From positions 11,780,001 to 11,844,000 of the forward strand of contig OX597842.1 in the NCBI GenBank assembly GCA_951406725.2: DNA of 64,000 nucleotides, in the 5' to 3' direction. The notes below the pieces were generated by a model, which saw nothing but the letters and a program-made list of their open reading frames with translations, had not been told where the DNA came from and did not search any database. The position numbers and the translations under genes were made by a program. The stretch comes from Octopus vulgaris (Eukaryota). Numbering within the stretch: position 1 is the stretch's first letter; the number at the start of each line of letters is the position of its first letter. This document shows positions 14,027 to 28,500 of this stretch, piece after piece.

Positions 14027-14116
14027 TTTCGGCTGATGAGTACGGGTCACTTGTATTTGCTGCAATATTTGCAGCCTTAATAAAGGTGGTCTTCGTACGA
14101 AACAATTGTACCGAAA
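14027..14116 (+). ncRNA. Type I hammerhead ribozyme motif
   Basis: tttcgg-CTGATGA-gtacg...cgtac-GAAA-caattg-TA-ccgaaa. 6-bp stem I, 5-bp stem II, palindromic stem III, GUA cleavage triplet. Confidence 0.88.
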
Positions 14117-14153
14117 TATTGATCCATTTTTGTTGCTTTTTTCTTGTTATGAA

Positions 14154-14214
<61 letters not shown>

Positions 14215-14432
14215 TATATAAGATTAACTTTTATCAAAATGAATATCTACAATTATTATTCTGAATCACATATTAAATTAAATTATTTAGACAACGCGCG
14301 TTTCATGACAATATGTCTATCGGTATTTCTGAAATAATACAGCGAGAAATTCATTTTAGTACCACTAATTTGAATTTCTCTCCCCTGTGGACTCGGAAAT
14401 AGCTTCCCTAATATTAATAATTATATATATAA

Positions 14433-14532
<100 letters not shown>

Positions 14533-14537
14533 AATAT

Positions 14538-14920
14538 TAGGGAATAAATCCAAATTTACAGGGAAAAATCAGATTTAGGATTGAATCCAATTTTATAGTA
14601 AAATATAATATAATATTAATTAGAGACAAAACCACTATTTTGCAAATCAAACAAAGAAAGACTTAATCCAATACATAAAAAATTTTATATAAATTAAGTA
14701 TAATTAAGATATCCACTACGATCATTTCTTGTCACTTCAATGACTTCATAGTTTAAAATTGCATAGAAGGTCTTGAAACCACCTGATGAATGTCCTTAGA
14801 AGTGACAAGAAACGATCGTAGTGGATATCTTAATTATATTTAATTTATATAAAATTGTTTATGTATTGGATTAAGCCTTTCTTTGTTTGATTTGCATTAT
14901 AGTGGTTTTGTCTCTAATTA

Positions 14921-14922
<2 letters not shown>
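14538..14922. mobile_element. Penelope-like non-coding fragment with an inverted repeat, in (TA)n
   Basis: 14617-14737 is the reverse complement of 14799-14920. A direct relative at 12483-12665 ends in a hammerhead 3' half (minus GAAACAATTGTA). Confidence 0.7.
14779..14824 (+). ncRNA. Type I hammerhead ribozyme motif
   Basis: ccac-CTGATGA-atgtc-cttagaagt-gacaa-GAAA-cgatcg-TA-gtgg. The stem II closing pair is mismatched. Confidence 0.75.
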
Positions 14923-14991
<69 letters not shown>

Positions 14992-14998
14992 TATGTAC

Positions 14999-15035
<37 letters not shown>

Positions 15036-15048
15036 TGTATATATATAC

Positions 15049-15115
<67 letters not shown>

Positions 15116-15371
15116 CAAAATGGGACAAGAACGCAAAACATCAGGAGAGCTAGGTGATACAAAAAGGGACAACAAAACATCCAGATAGACGATACAAAAA
15201 AACAAGGACGGGTCATTCGAAGCCTTTTATCTTCAGTCAAGAACCGGATCATCATATATATATGTGTGGGTATGTATGTATATGTATATTAAATGATAAA
15301 CTGTTCCCTTAATATCCTGCAGCCCTCAATGCCTCCATCTGATTGGTCCCCTATCAACTGGTGGAGGAGGA

Positions 15372-18300
15372 GATGGTGGTGGTGGTGGTGGTGGTGTTGT
15401 GGTGGTGGTGGTGGTGGTGGCTGGTGGTCGTGGTGGTGGTGGTGGTGGTAGTGTGTGGTGGTGGTCGTGGTGGTGGTGGTGGTGGTGGTGGTGGTGGTGG
15501 TGCTTGTTGTTGTGGTGGTGGTGGTGGTCTTGTGGTGGTGGTGGTGGTGGTGGTGGTGATGGTGCTGTGGTTGTGGTGGTGCTGTGGTGGTGGTGCTTGT
15601 GGTGGTGGTGGTGGTGGTGGTGGTGGTGGTGGTGGTGGTGGTGCTTGTGGTGGTGGTGGTGCTGCTGGTGTTTGTGGTGGTGGTGGTGCTTGTGGTGGTG
15701 GTGGTGCTGGTGGTGGTGGTGGTGTGTGGTTGTGGTGGTGGTGGTGGTGGTGGTGGTGGTGGTGCTTGTGGTGGTGGTGGTGCTGCTGGTGTTTGTGGTG
15801 GTGGTGGTACATGTGGTGGTGGTGGTGGTGCTGGTGTTTGTGGTGGTGGTGGTGCTTGTGGTGGTGGTGCTGTGCTGGTGCTTGTGGTGGTGGTGGTGCT
15901 GGTGTGTTGGTGGTGGTGGTGGTGGTGGTGATTGTGGTGGTGGTGGTGGTGCTGGTGGTGCTGGTGGTGGTGGTGCTTGTGGTGGTGGTGGTGCTGCTGG
16001 TGTTTGTGGTGGTGGTGGTATTGTGGTGGTGGTGGTGGTGCTGGTGCTGGTGGTGGTGGTGGTGCTTGTGGTGGTGGTGGTGCTGCTGGTGTTTGTGGTG
16101 GTGGTGTTTGTGGTGGTGGTGGTGGTGGTGGTGTTTGTGGTGGTGGTGGTGGTTGTGGTGGTGTCTGCTGGTGTTTGTGGTGGTGGTGGTGCTTGTGGTG
16201 GTGGTGGTGGTGCTGGTGGTGCTGGTGGTGGTGGTGCTTGTGGTGGTGGTGGTGCTGCTGGTGTTTGTGGTGGTGGTGGTGATTGTGGTGGTGGTGGTGG
16301 TGCTGGTGGTTGTGGTGGTGGTGGTGGTGGTTGTGGTGGTGGTGGTATGCTGGTGTTTGTGGTGGTGGTGGTGTGGTGGTGGTGGTGGTGGTGGTGGTGG
16401 TGGTGGTGGTGGTGGTGGTTTTGGTGGTGGTGGTGGTGCTGGTGTTTGTGGTGGTGGTGGTGCTTGTGGTGGTGGTGGTGGTGCTGGTGTTTGTGGTGGT
16501 GGTGGTGCTTGTGGTGGTGGTGGTGTTGGTGTTTGTGGTGGTGGTATTGGTGGTGGTGTTGTTGTGGTGGTGGTGTTTGTGGTGGTGGTGGTTGCTGGTG
16601 TTTGTGGTGGTGGTGGTGCTTGTGGTGGTGGTGGTGCTGCTGGTGTTTGTGGTGGTGGTGGTGCTTGTGGTGGTGGTGGTTTGTTTGTGGTGGTGGTGGT
16701 GGTGGTGGTGGTGGTGTGCTGGTGTTTGTGGTGGTGGTGGTGTGTGGTGGTGGTGGTGGTGCTGGTGTTTGTGGTGGTGGTGCTTGTGGTGGTGGTGGTG
16801 CTGCTGGTGTTTGTGGTGGTGGTGGTGCTTGTGGTGGTGGTGGTGGTGCTGGTGTTTGTGGTGGTGGTGGTGCTTGTGGTGGTGGTGGTGGTGCTGGTGT
16901 TTGTGGTGGTGGTGGTGCTTGTGGTGGTGGTGGTGCTGCTGGTGTTTGTGGTGGTGGTGGTGATTGTGGTGGTGGTGGTGGTGCTGGTGTTTGTGGTGGT
17001 GGTGGTGCTTGTGGTGGTGGTGGTGGTGCTGGTGTTTGTGGTGGTGGTGGTGCTTGTGGTGGTGGTGGTGCTGCTGGTGTTTGTGGTGGTGGTGGTGCTT
17101 GTGGTGGTGCTGGTGGTGCTGGTGTTTGTGGTGGTGGTGGTGCTTGTGGTGGTGGTGGTGGTGGTGGTTGTGGTGGTGGTGGTGGTGCTGGTGTGGTGGT
17201 GGTGGTGGTGGTGCTTGTGGTGGTGGTGCTGCTGGTGTTTGTGGTGGTGGTGGTGATTGTGGTGGTGGTGGTGCTGCTGGTGTTTGTGGTGGTGGTGGTG
17301 CTTGTGGTGGTGGTGGTGCTTGTGGTGGTGGTGGTGATTGTGGTGGTGGTGGTGCTGCTGGTGTTTGTGGTGGTGGTGGTGATTGTGGTGGTGGTGGTGC
17401 TGCTGGTGTTTGTGGTGGTGGTGGTGCTTGTGGTGGTGCTGGTGGTGCTGGTGTTTGTGGTGGTGGTCTTGTGGTGGTGGTGGTGCTGCTGGTGTTTGTG
17501 GTGGTGGTGGTGATTGTGGTGGTGGTGGTGGTGGTGGTGGTGGTGCTTGTGGTGGTGGTGCTGCTGGTGTTGGTGGTGGTTGTGGTGGTGGTGCTGTTGG
17601 TGTTTGTGGTGGTGGTGGTGCTTGTGGTGGTGGTGGTGCTGCTGGTGGTGGTGCTTGTGGTGGTGGTGGTGCTGCTGGTGTTTGTGGTGGTGTTTTGTGG
17701 TGGTGGTGGTGCTGCTGGTGGTGCTGGTGGTGGTGGTGCTTGTGGTGGTGGTGGTGCTGCTGGTGTTTGTGGTGGTGGTGGTGCTTGTGGTGGTGGTGGT
17801 GCTGCTGGTGTTTGTGGTGGTGGTGGTGCTGCTGGTGTTTGTGGTGGTGGTGGTGATTGTGGTGGTGGTGGTGCTGCTGGTGTTTGTGGTGGTGGTGGTG
17901 ATTGTGGTGGTGGTGGTGCTGCTGGTGTTTGTGGTGGTTTGTGGTGGTGCTGGTGTTTGTGGTGGTGGTGTATGGTGGTGGTGGTGGTGACTTTGGTGTT
18001 TGTGGTGGTGGTGGTGATTGTGGTGGTGGTGGTGGTGGTCTGGTGTTTGTGGTGGTGGTTCTTGTGGTGGTGGTGGTGTGGTGGTGGTGGTGGTGGTGGT
18101 GCTGGTGGTGGTGGTGCTGCTGGTGTTTGTGGTGGTGGTGGTTGTGGTGGTGGTGGTGCTGGTGTGGTTGTGGTGGTGGTGGTGCTTGTGGTGGTGGTGG
18201 TGCTGCTGGTGTTTGTGGTGGTGGTGGTGATTGTGGTGGTGGTGGTGGTGCTGGTGTTTGTGGTGGTGGTGGTGCTTGTGGTGGTGGTGGTGGTGCTGGT

Positions 18301-18575
18301 GTTTGTGGTGGTGGTGGTGCTTGTGGTGGTGGTGGTGCTGCTGGTGTTTGTGGTGGTGGTGGTGCTTGTGGTGGTGGTGGTGCTGCTGGTGTTTGTGGTG
18401 GTGGTGGTGCTTGTGGTGGTGGTGGTGCTGCTGGTGTTTGTGGTGGTGGTGGTGCTTGTGGTGGTGGTGGTGGTGCTGGTGTTTGTGGTGGTGGTTGTGC
18501 TGGTGGTGCTGGTGCTGGTGTTTGTGGTGGTGGTGGTGCTGGTGGTGCTGGTGCTGGTGCTGGTGGTGGTGGTGT
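15372..18575. repeat. 3.2-kb (GGT)n-based minisatellite with a ~45-bp higher-order unit
   Basis: Recurrent GCTGCTGGTGTTTGT(GGT)4GCTTGT(GGT)4 with GAT variants and several frame slips. Confidence 0.93.
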
Positions 18576-18739
18576 ATGTTGTAACTGTTACCGTAAATAA
18601 GTAGATTTGTTTATTTATTTATTTATTTAGCATGTTTTTGTTGTTGTTGTCTTTTAAAGTTTTATTCCGTTATTTCTGTATTCTGTCGGAGAAATCCGAA
18701 TTAGATTTTGCGTAATTGGTGACCTACATTGATATGGGG

Positions 18740-20180
18740 TGAGATAGAGACTGAGAGACACACAGACAGACACAGAGAGAGGCAAAGAGAGAGGGACACA
18801 CACAAACAAAGAGAGAGAGAGAGAGACACGAAGACAGACAGACAGAGAGACACACAGACAGACACAGAGAGAGGCAAAGAGAGAGGGACACACACACACA
18901 CACACACAAACAAAGGGAGAGAGAGAGACACGGAGACAGAGACAGACAGAGAGACGCACACACAAAATAGGGGGAAAGAATTTGGGAGTGAGAAAGAGAA
19001 GAGGTAGGGGTATAGAGGGGTAAAGAGGAAGAAGAAGAGAGACTAGCATAGAGAGATGGAGAGAGAGAGAGAGAGAGAGAGATGTGTGTACGGAGAGGGA
19101 GCGATGAGAGAGAGATGCAGAGGGAGAAAAGGGTGAGTGAGAAAGAGAAGGAGGTAGAGAAAGAGAGACTAGCATAGAGAGATGGAGAGAGAGAGAGAGA
19201 GATGGAGAGAGAGAGATGGAGAGAGAGAGAGATGGAGAGAGAGAGAGAGAGAGAGATGTATGTACGGAGAGGGAGCGATGAGAGAGAGATGTAGATGGAG
19301 AAAAGGGTGAGTGAGAAAGAGAAGAGATAGAGAAAGAGAAAGGAAGACGGTGAGAGAGAGAGACTGACATACGGAGATGGGGAGAGAGAGACTGGTGTAC
19401 AGAGAGAGGGAGATGAGGGAGAGCAAGTGGGGAGCGAGAAAAAGAAGAGAGAATGGAAGACGGAGAGAGAGAGATGAAGAAGTGAGAGGGACTAATATAG
19501 AGAGATAGAGAGAGAGAGAGACTGGTGTACAGAGGGGAAGATGAGAGAGGGATGTAGTGGGAGAGAGATGTCGGGAGAGAGATGTAAAGGGAATGAGAGA
19601 GGAAGAAGTGAAGAGGGAAACCGAGAGGCAGGTAGGAGGGAGTGACGAATAGAGATGGAGAAAGAAACAGAGAGAGAGAGAGAGTTATCGTAACACAAAA
19701 CAGAGAGAGACTAATGTACTATTATGAAAGAGAGTAGAGTAAATACGGATTAAGAGGAGAGAGAATATGTATAGTTATATAAGAACATTAGAGAAAGAGT
19801 AAGTCAAAGGAAGAGGGAAGAAAGAGAGATAGTTCTGTAGAGAGAGGCAGGGAGGGTAGAACGACAGAAGGAGAGACATAGAGGTGGAAGGAGAGGTGTA
19901 GAAGAAAGAGAAAAGAAAGAGAGAAGAAACGAAAGTGATGTGGAAAGAGGGAGAGGTGCAGTGAGAGGCGATGCACAGAAGGAAGAGAGAGAAAGAGTGA
20001 GTGAGAGAGAGAGAGAGAGAAATAGACGACAAGAGAGAAAGAGACAGAGAAAGTCTGGCCGGGAGGAAAAGAGAGAGGAGTGAGGAGAGGAGGAAGTAAT
20101 AGACAGAGGGAGAAAGAAAGGGAAAGAAAGGGAAACTGAAAGAAGCTGATGTAAATCGACGGAGACAAAGAGACAGAAAA
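18740..20180. repeat. GA-rich low-complexity polypurine tract with internal duplications
   Basis: Direct reading. Duplicated GACTAGCATAGAGAGATGG...TGTACGGAGAGGGAGCGATG blocks. Confidence 0.9.
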
Positions 20181-20256
20181 CGGTACATTAAACCAAGTTA
20201 TCTTCAACATTACACAGTGACATATTTACACACATGACAATTCACTTTATATATAC

Positions 20257-20824
<568 letters not shown>

Positions 20825-20839
20825 TATATATATATATAT

Positions 20840-21026
20840 CGCCATGTTGAGTCGCTAGCTTCTACACGCATTTTTTTCTCTCCTTGTTTCTCTCTGTGTC
20901 CCTTTCTGTTGAAGAGCATAGGCTCGAAACGTAAAAGACTTGTTTCATTTATATTTCTGAGCGCCATACTAATACAATTGTTTGTTTGTTTCCACCTGCC
21001 TTCGTCTTTTGTCTATTTTCATAAAG

Positions 21027-21028
<2 letters not shown>
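20840..21028 (+). mobile_element. ~190-bp mini-hammerhead element (motif at 20902-20937) in (TA)n
   Basis: cttt-CTGTTGA-a-gagc-atag-gctc-GAAA-cg-TA-aaag. Homologous flanks at 36050-36210, 37555-37745, 50165-50355 and 51602-51770. Confidence 0.75.
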
Positions 21029-21092
<64 letters not shown>

Positions 21093-21125
21093 ATGTATGT
21101 ATGTACGTTTATACACACATACACG

Positions 21126-21166
<41 letters not shown>

Positions 21167-21273
21167 GTACACACATGTATGTGCAAATATCACATGTATA
21201 TGTGTGTACTTGTATGATATATATGTGTGTATATATATCTTATATATATGTATATCTATATATACATATACGT

Positions 21274-21326
<53 letters not shown>

Positions 21327-21587
21327 AGCACTCCGTCGGTTACGACAACAAACTGTTCTAGTTGATACGATCAACGGAACAGCCTGCTCATGAAATTAAC
21401 GTGCAATATATATATACATATATACGACGGGCTTCTTTCAGTTTCCGTCTACCAAATCCACACACAAGGCTTTGGTCGGCCCGAGGCTATAGCAGAAGAC
21501 ACTTGCCCAAGGTGCCACGCAGTGGGAATGAACCCGGAACCATGTGGTTGGTAAACAAGCTAATTACCACACAGCCACTCCTGCGCC

Positions 21588-21633
<46 letters not shown>

Positions 21634-21966
21634 ATTTATGTGCTATCTGAGTATATTCCACTGATGAAGGCAGAGCATTTCTTATGCCGAGTCAGAAATC
21701 CGGGATCTGGAATAATCCAGTAATTTTTTTCATAGGTCATCTTTTCCTTTTGTCTTCTCTCCTAGTACTGAATGAACATTTAATGTGGTTTTAGAGTCAA
21801 GTTGTCAAGTTTTGGCTGCTATTTCCAGCGTGGTGGTATCTCTTAGATACCGTAAATTATAATTTTAACAATAGTTATTTACCTTTGAAGGTTTTTATTC
21901 CCATGCTGGCCACCTGTCAAGATCGGTGTTTAAATAACGATCTTATCCTAATTTATATATATATGT

Positions 21967-22281
21967 GTGGAGGCGCAATTGCCCAGTGGTTAGGGCAGCG
22001 GACTCGCGGTTATAGGATCGCGGTTTCGATTCCCAGACCGGGCGTTGTGAGTGTTTATGAGCGAAAAACACCTAAAGCTCCACGAGGCTCCGGCAGAGGA
22101 TGGTGGCGACCCCTGCTGTACTCTTTCGCCACAACTTTCTCTCACTCTTCTCTCTTCTGTTGGCCTGCTCGCTTAGCCAGCGGGGTGGCGTCATTTGAAG
22201 GCTAAAACAATGTGAAGCGCATTGTGACCAACGATGTGTAGCAACATCTGATAGCCTGGTCGGTCACGGTGATCACAGTGA
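21967..22281 (+). mobile_element. tRNA-derived SINE, family B head with tail type 2
   Basis: First ~180 bp match the 1743-1560 minus copy, then an unrelated tail ending GGTCACGGTGATCACAGTGAT. Confidence 0.85.
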
Positions 22282-22415
22282 TATATGTATGTATGTATGT
22301 ATGTATGTATATGTATGTATATATGTATGTATGTGTATGTATGTATATATGTATGTATGTATGTATGTATATATGTATGTATGTATGTTTGTATGTATGT
22401 ATGTATGTATGTATG

Positions 22416-22447
<32 letters not shown>

Positions 22448-23214
22448 TGTATGTTTGTATGTATGTATGTATGTATGTATGTATGTATGTATGTATGTAT
22501 GTATGTATGTATGTATGTTTGTATGTATGTATGTATGTATGTATGTATGTATGTATGTATGTATGTATGTATGTATGTATGTATGTATGTATGTATGTAT
22601 GTATGTATTATGTATGTATGTATGTATGTATTATGTATGTGTGTATGTATGTATGTATGTATGTATGTATGTATGTATGTATGTATGTATGTATGTATGT
22701 ATGTATGTATGTATATGTATGTATGTATGTATGTATGTTTGTATGTATGTATGTATGTATGTATGTATGTATGTATAGTATGTATGTATGTATGTATGTA
22801 TGTATGTATGTATGTATGTATGTATGTATGTATGTATGTATGTATGTATGTATGTATGTATGTATGTATGTATGTATGTATGTATGTATGTATGTATGTA
22901 TGTATGTATGTATGTATGTATGTATGTATGTATGTATGTATGTATGTATGTATGTATGTATGTATGTATGTATGTATGTATGTATGTATGTATGTATGTA
23001 TGTATGTATGTATGTATGTATGTATGTATGTATGTATGTATGTATGTATGTATGTATGTATGTATGTATGTATGTATGTATATGTATGTATGTATGTATG
23101 TATGTGTATGTATGTATGTATGTATGTATGTATGTATGTATGTATGTATGTATGTATGTATGTATGTATGTATGTATGTATGTATGTATGTATGTATATA
23201 TGTATGTATGTATG

Positions 23215-23248
<34 letters not shown>

Positions 23249-23291
23249 TGTATGTATGTATGTATGTATGTATGTATGTATGTTTGTATGT
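22282..23291. repeat. ~1-kb (ATGT)n microsatellite
   Basis: Direct reading. It follows the SINE 3' end. Confidence 0.97.
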
Positions 23292-23347
23292 ATTTATATA
23301 TTGAGAATAAAGTCGTCAGAATTTTTGGAAAAGAATCTTTTTATTCA

Positions 23348-23416
<69 letters not shown>

Positions 23417-23634
23417 CTTCCGACGCCGATGGACGTACGTGAATCAGCTCTGTGAGTTTTGTGCCAATTTTGTTGGAAATTTTTTAATAAGCTTGAATAT
23501 TTTTTAATATTTTTGTAGCCAAACCGACCGGCTTCTTGCGGAGCTCGTCGGTTGGGCGAAATTTTGCCCCATTCGGGGTGAAATTGCTGTCATCCTTTTG
23601 AAATTGACATTTTTTTGCACACACACATTACAAA

Positions 23635-25510
23635 ATGGCACTAAAACGAGCTGCTGGCTCTTCCTCCTTCTTGCAACACCCCCCTACAAGAACAAAAAAA
23701 TAACGTCACGGGTTACGTACAACCCATTTCAGGCCGTAAAAGGCAACAAAGCTCCTCCTTCCGAACCGGAGAGCACGCGCTCGGTTCAAAAGGAGAATGC
23801 ATGCCAGGACGTCGCGTCCGACGTCACTCTTGATTTCCCCCTCTGCCTTCAACAAGTGATGCTGTACCGAAGGGGGAGGTAAAGAAAATTATAACAGACA
23901 CAAACACAGACAAGAACCAACAAAAAACTGTAAAAGCTTCTAACGATTTTGCTTCTGCTGCGAAGCAAATTTCGGAAGATGTAGAAATTACAATGGAGGA
24001 CATAAAAATGGCACAAGATTTGTTGAGAAAGGAGGGGAACAGTGTTTTCCTCAACACACCTCAACAACTCACACAAGAAACAAGCAAAAGAACAATCTTT
24101 TATAAAGTCTTCGAAAAGAAAACTAAAAGATTGTTTAACGCCACACCACAACAGTTGGAGATGGCTCTGAAGCCCATTTGGGGCCAGAAGAGCTATGTGA
24201 CAAGAGGGAAGCGATTTGGAACCGTGGAGGTTCGCTTCCCAACAGAGGAGCTTGCAAGGGCAAACGCCATTTCGCCCTTGCAAAATGAACATTTGTTCCT
24301 CGTCCCGACGTACCTCGGGCGTAAGGTACAAAAAATAACCATAAGCACAATACCCCCCGAACAGAAAATCTCATGGCTAGTGGCGGCTGTCCTCTATGGC
24401 ATAGAGGACACTGCCACTATTCTGAATGTTCGGAGGGTACGAGAAAAGAACTGGTCAGGCATGGGTATTCAACTGCTGGTACAGATCCAGCAGGAAAACA
24501 TCAATGCCATACCTGACTTTGTCATCTTGCTGGATGGGACCAGGCTAAATGTTATTGTAGAGGGGCGAAAGCCAAAATGTTTCCTCTGCAGTAGCGAAAG
24601 CCACCTAAAAAGGGACTGCCCCATTCAAAAAAAGAGAATGGAGGAGTATAGCAAGAGGCAGCAGCAACAACAACAACAACAACAACAACACAAGCAACAA
24701 CAACAGAAACAACAAAAACAGCAAGAAAAACCAAAGGCTGCCACACCACCAACACCATCACCAACACCAGCACCAAGACGAACAACACCACCTCCAACAA
24801 CAACAACCACCACCAAACCAACACCGACAACCACCACCAAACCAACACCGACACCAGTACCTCGAAGGTCGACAGCAGCGACATCAACAGTAACAGGAGC
24901 AGCGGCACCACCGATACCGGCGGAACCTAAAACTTTCGTCCTGCTACTGAAGCAGACCCTCAACCATTCCTTTGCCGGATGAAGAGATCTCGGATTGTGC
25001 GAGCTCGGATTCCAACAAAGGAGAATGGAATATAGTACCTCCAAAAAAGAAAAGGAGGAAAAAACAAAAAGTTTTACAGGGAAGCACGAACAAATAGTAC
25101 TTCCCAACATCAACAACAACATCAACAACAACACACACTCACAACAACAAACAACAACAACAACACTTTCGACACCACTACTGCCACTACCACAGACACA
25201 AACAAACACAGACACAATTACAGACACGATTACAGCAGTGAATACAAGAAACCAGGAACTGGTTGAGTATTTGAAAAACAAAACAAGCACAAACATTACA
25301 GATTTCATAATACCTACACACAACACACCACCAGCACACATTCTCACAATAAAAATAAACAAAACAGTGTACAATGAAATAAAACAAATATTCCCTAACG
25401 ATGTGGGATCGTTAGGGAAAAGTTTCTCTCAGAAACTTTACAAAAATATTATTGAAGCACCCGTGCAAAAGCACAAGGGAGCCACCCCCACCACCAACAA
25501 CAGTAAGTAG
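23635..25510 (+). CDS. LINE ORF1 (gag-like, CCHC zinc knuckle), frameshifted as assembled
   Basis: ATG at 23635 (MALKRAAG), CFLCSSESHLKRDC knuckle, polyQ and Pro/Thr-rich tract. Single-base indels in homopolymers relative to copy 2. Confidence 0.82.
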
Positions 25511-25553
25511 AGCCTTTTTTTCTCCTTTTTTTTTTTTCCCAAATTCTTGAGAC

Positions 25554-28500
25554 ATGGCAAATCTTAGAATCGGTTGCTTGAATGTGAGAGGCCTCGGGTC
25601 ACCTTGGAAACAGGGTCACCTGTTAAACGACCTGAGGTTTCATGATGTGGATATAGCAGCCATCAGTGAAACCAGGCTCTCCGACCCGCAGGAACTCGCA
25701 GCCCTTTTCGGCGGATACGAGATATTTCTATCTCCGTGTCGGCCGGGAGCGGGCGGTGGTGGTACTGCGGTGTTGTTTCGGAAGGGCCTGGACCTGAAAA
25801 TAAGAACAGTCTTCTTGGATCCGGAAGGTAAGTTGGTGGTCCTCGACGTGGACGGTAGTGACGGCGGTGCTTTCAGACTGCTGGCTGCCTACGCTCCGAC
25901 AGGAGCAGGGCAGTCGGATTATTTCAAACGTCTGGAAGTTTTCCTGGGAACGTCACGCACTCTAGTACTAGTTGGGGATTGGAACGCTGTCTTAGACGAA
26001 CGTTTCGATCGGGTGGGCAGGGGAGCGTCTGTTAGGAGAGGGGGTGGGTGCAAGAGCCTCGCCAACCTACTCGGCCGCTTTCAGCTGTCCGACAGGTTTC
26101 GACTAGACAACCCGAATGTGCCAATGTGGACTTGGACAAACCGCATCGGGTCGTCTAGATCGTACTTAGATAGAGTGTTTTGTAGGCCAGCGGATAAGGA
26201 CAGCGTAGGGTGTCCACAATTCCACCTAGTCGAATATACGGACCACAAATTAGTGATCTGTACGGTCGACTTAGATAGGCTACATAGACAGGGACCCGGC
26301 TACTGGAAGCTGAACGCGTCGTTAACGGCGTGCAAAGCTTACAGAGACCGGATTAGTTTACTAGTTAAGCGGGCGCTCACGGGGGCAATCATCAACAACA
26401 ACTGGTGGTTTGCCCTCAAGAGAGCAATTAGAGTAGAGTCGATTAGGTATAGTAAGACTCTAGCTATTGAACGTAGGAAGAGAGAGCGGGATTTAGTTAA
26501 GAAACTAGACGAGGCTCTTGACACTGGCATCGCGACCGACGTGTTGGCGGCAAGGTTGGCCCTCGACCAACACTTCGACGCCAAACACGAAGGCTGCGTT
26601 GTCAGAGCTAAGGCACGTTCGCTAAGCGGGGAGGGGACTAGAGCCGCTCGATGGGCCCGCGTGGCGGAGGCGAAGCGAGGCAACAGAGCAACCATTCGGT
26701 CTTTGGTGGACCAGAACGGGCGCGAGGTTACCCAACCGAAGCAGATGTGTACGGTACTTCAGCGGCACTTTGCTCAACTGTTTGGGACGAGCGGTGGAAC
26801 GGACACCAACGGTACAGACTTCGGTGTGTACCTGGACGGACTGCCGCAACTCTCGGACAGCGAGGCAGAGTGCTGCGAAGGACCGATATCTGCCTGGGAA
26901 GTACAGGAAGCGATGAAGAGTTGCACGAGAGGTAGATCGCCGGGTTTGGATGGTCTGCCCTACGAGCTTTACTTTTCAATGCCAGACTTGTTTGCGGACC
27001 TGTTGGCAAACGTCTACTGCAACTGGCAGCAAAACGGGAGAATTCCTGCTTTTGTCTGTCGAGGGGTGGTGGCTTTGCTAAAGAAGGACCCAAACAAGGG
27101 GGACGTTATAGGCAATTTCCGGCCCATCACTCTGCTCAATGCAGAGTTGAAGATTTTGGCTAAGGTGCTAGCCAAGAGATTGGCGCTTGTCGTGGACAAG
27201 CTGGTCGGCGGGACGCAGACATGCGCCGTGCCGACCAGGTCGATACACGACAACCTCCATCTCATGCGCTACATCATAGAGAGGGTGGGTAACGACGCTG
27301 GCGCGGGTGGGGCTTTGATCAACTTGGATCAGAGTAAAGCCTTCGATAGGGTCGACCATCGGTACCTGGCAGCTGTCCTCAAGGCAGCCGGCTTCGGTCC
27401 AGTCTTCCGCGGGTGGATCGCTGCTTTATACAGCAACATCTGCTCGGTGATACGGGTGAACGGTCACCTTTCGGAACCGTTCGACATCTCGCGTTCGGTC
27501 CGCCAAGGATGCCCTCTCTCCTCCCTCTTGTACATTTTGACTCTCGAGCCATTACTGCGCAAGTTGGAGGCTTTGAGGGGCATCCCGCGCGATCTAGGAG
27601 GCGGAAACAGCGTGTCTGCTTATGCCGACGACGTCACCGTGGTGGTGTCGAGCCACAGGCACATTGGCCTGATTGGCGAGACGCTAAACCAGTACGAAGC
27701 GGTGACAGGGGCAAAGATTAACGCGGAAAAGTCTGTGGGCTTGCAACTGGGCACCTGGAGAGGCAAGCCCATGCCGTCCAACAGCGTCGTAGGGCGCTGG
27801 ACAGACGGACCCGTTAAACTGCTCGGGGTCTGGTTCGGTCCGGACCTCCAGGTGGATAAGAACTGGGAAGAGGTGACGAGCAGGGTGGCACGTCTCACCC
27901 AGAAATGGGCCGAGAGGAAGCTGTCCCTGAAAGGTCGAGCGGAGGTGGCGAATGCGTACATCGCATCCGTCATCTATTACCGCTTGACCGTCGTCCCTTG
28001 TCCCGACCGCTGGTTGGCCAAGCTGGTACACCTGCTCTTCGACTTTTTGTGGAAGGGTCAGGTGCCACTGGTCAGGCGATCCATCTGCTGTCAACGACCG
28101 CTGAACGGAGGCCTTGGAATGCCGTGGTTGCTGTTGCGCAGACATGCGCTCAGGCTGCGGCATCTCAAGCGCTTCCTAGACGGTGAACAGGTGTGGTCGT
28201 CTTTTGTCAGACGCGATTTTCCGCAGCTCGTCTCTTTGACGGAGCTGCAGACCTGGATCAAACGTAGACCGAGAAAGGGCGCTTGGCACCTCGAGTGCCG
28301 TCAAGCCCTCTCCGCCCTCCACCAGGCGGGCAATGCGGTCGGTTACAGCTCCACTCTAGCGTTCTATAGAGGGTTAGTGGAGGAAAAATGCGACGACGTT
28401 CTCGGGGAAACTCTAGGCGTTGAAGACGACGAACTGAGCGGTCTGTTCGGGAGGACTTTCGGGCCGGGGCCGATGGATAATTTCCAGAGGTCTCTCGCCT

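Noticed and set aside
21658-21700. CTGATGA motifs at 21661 and 43628, and CTGAAGA near 15235 (minus)
   Set aside because: The GAAA and stem III/I partners are missing or mutated. At best these are decayed hammerheads, so they are not called.
21967-22045. Apparent tRNA gene (also 1667-1743 and 13538-13610)
   Set aside because: These are SINE heads: they continue into a shared SINE body and lack a clean cloverleaf and terminator.
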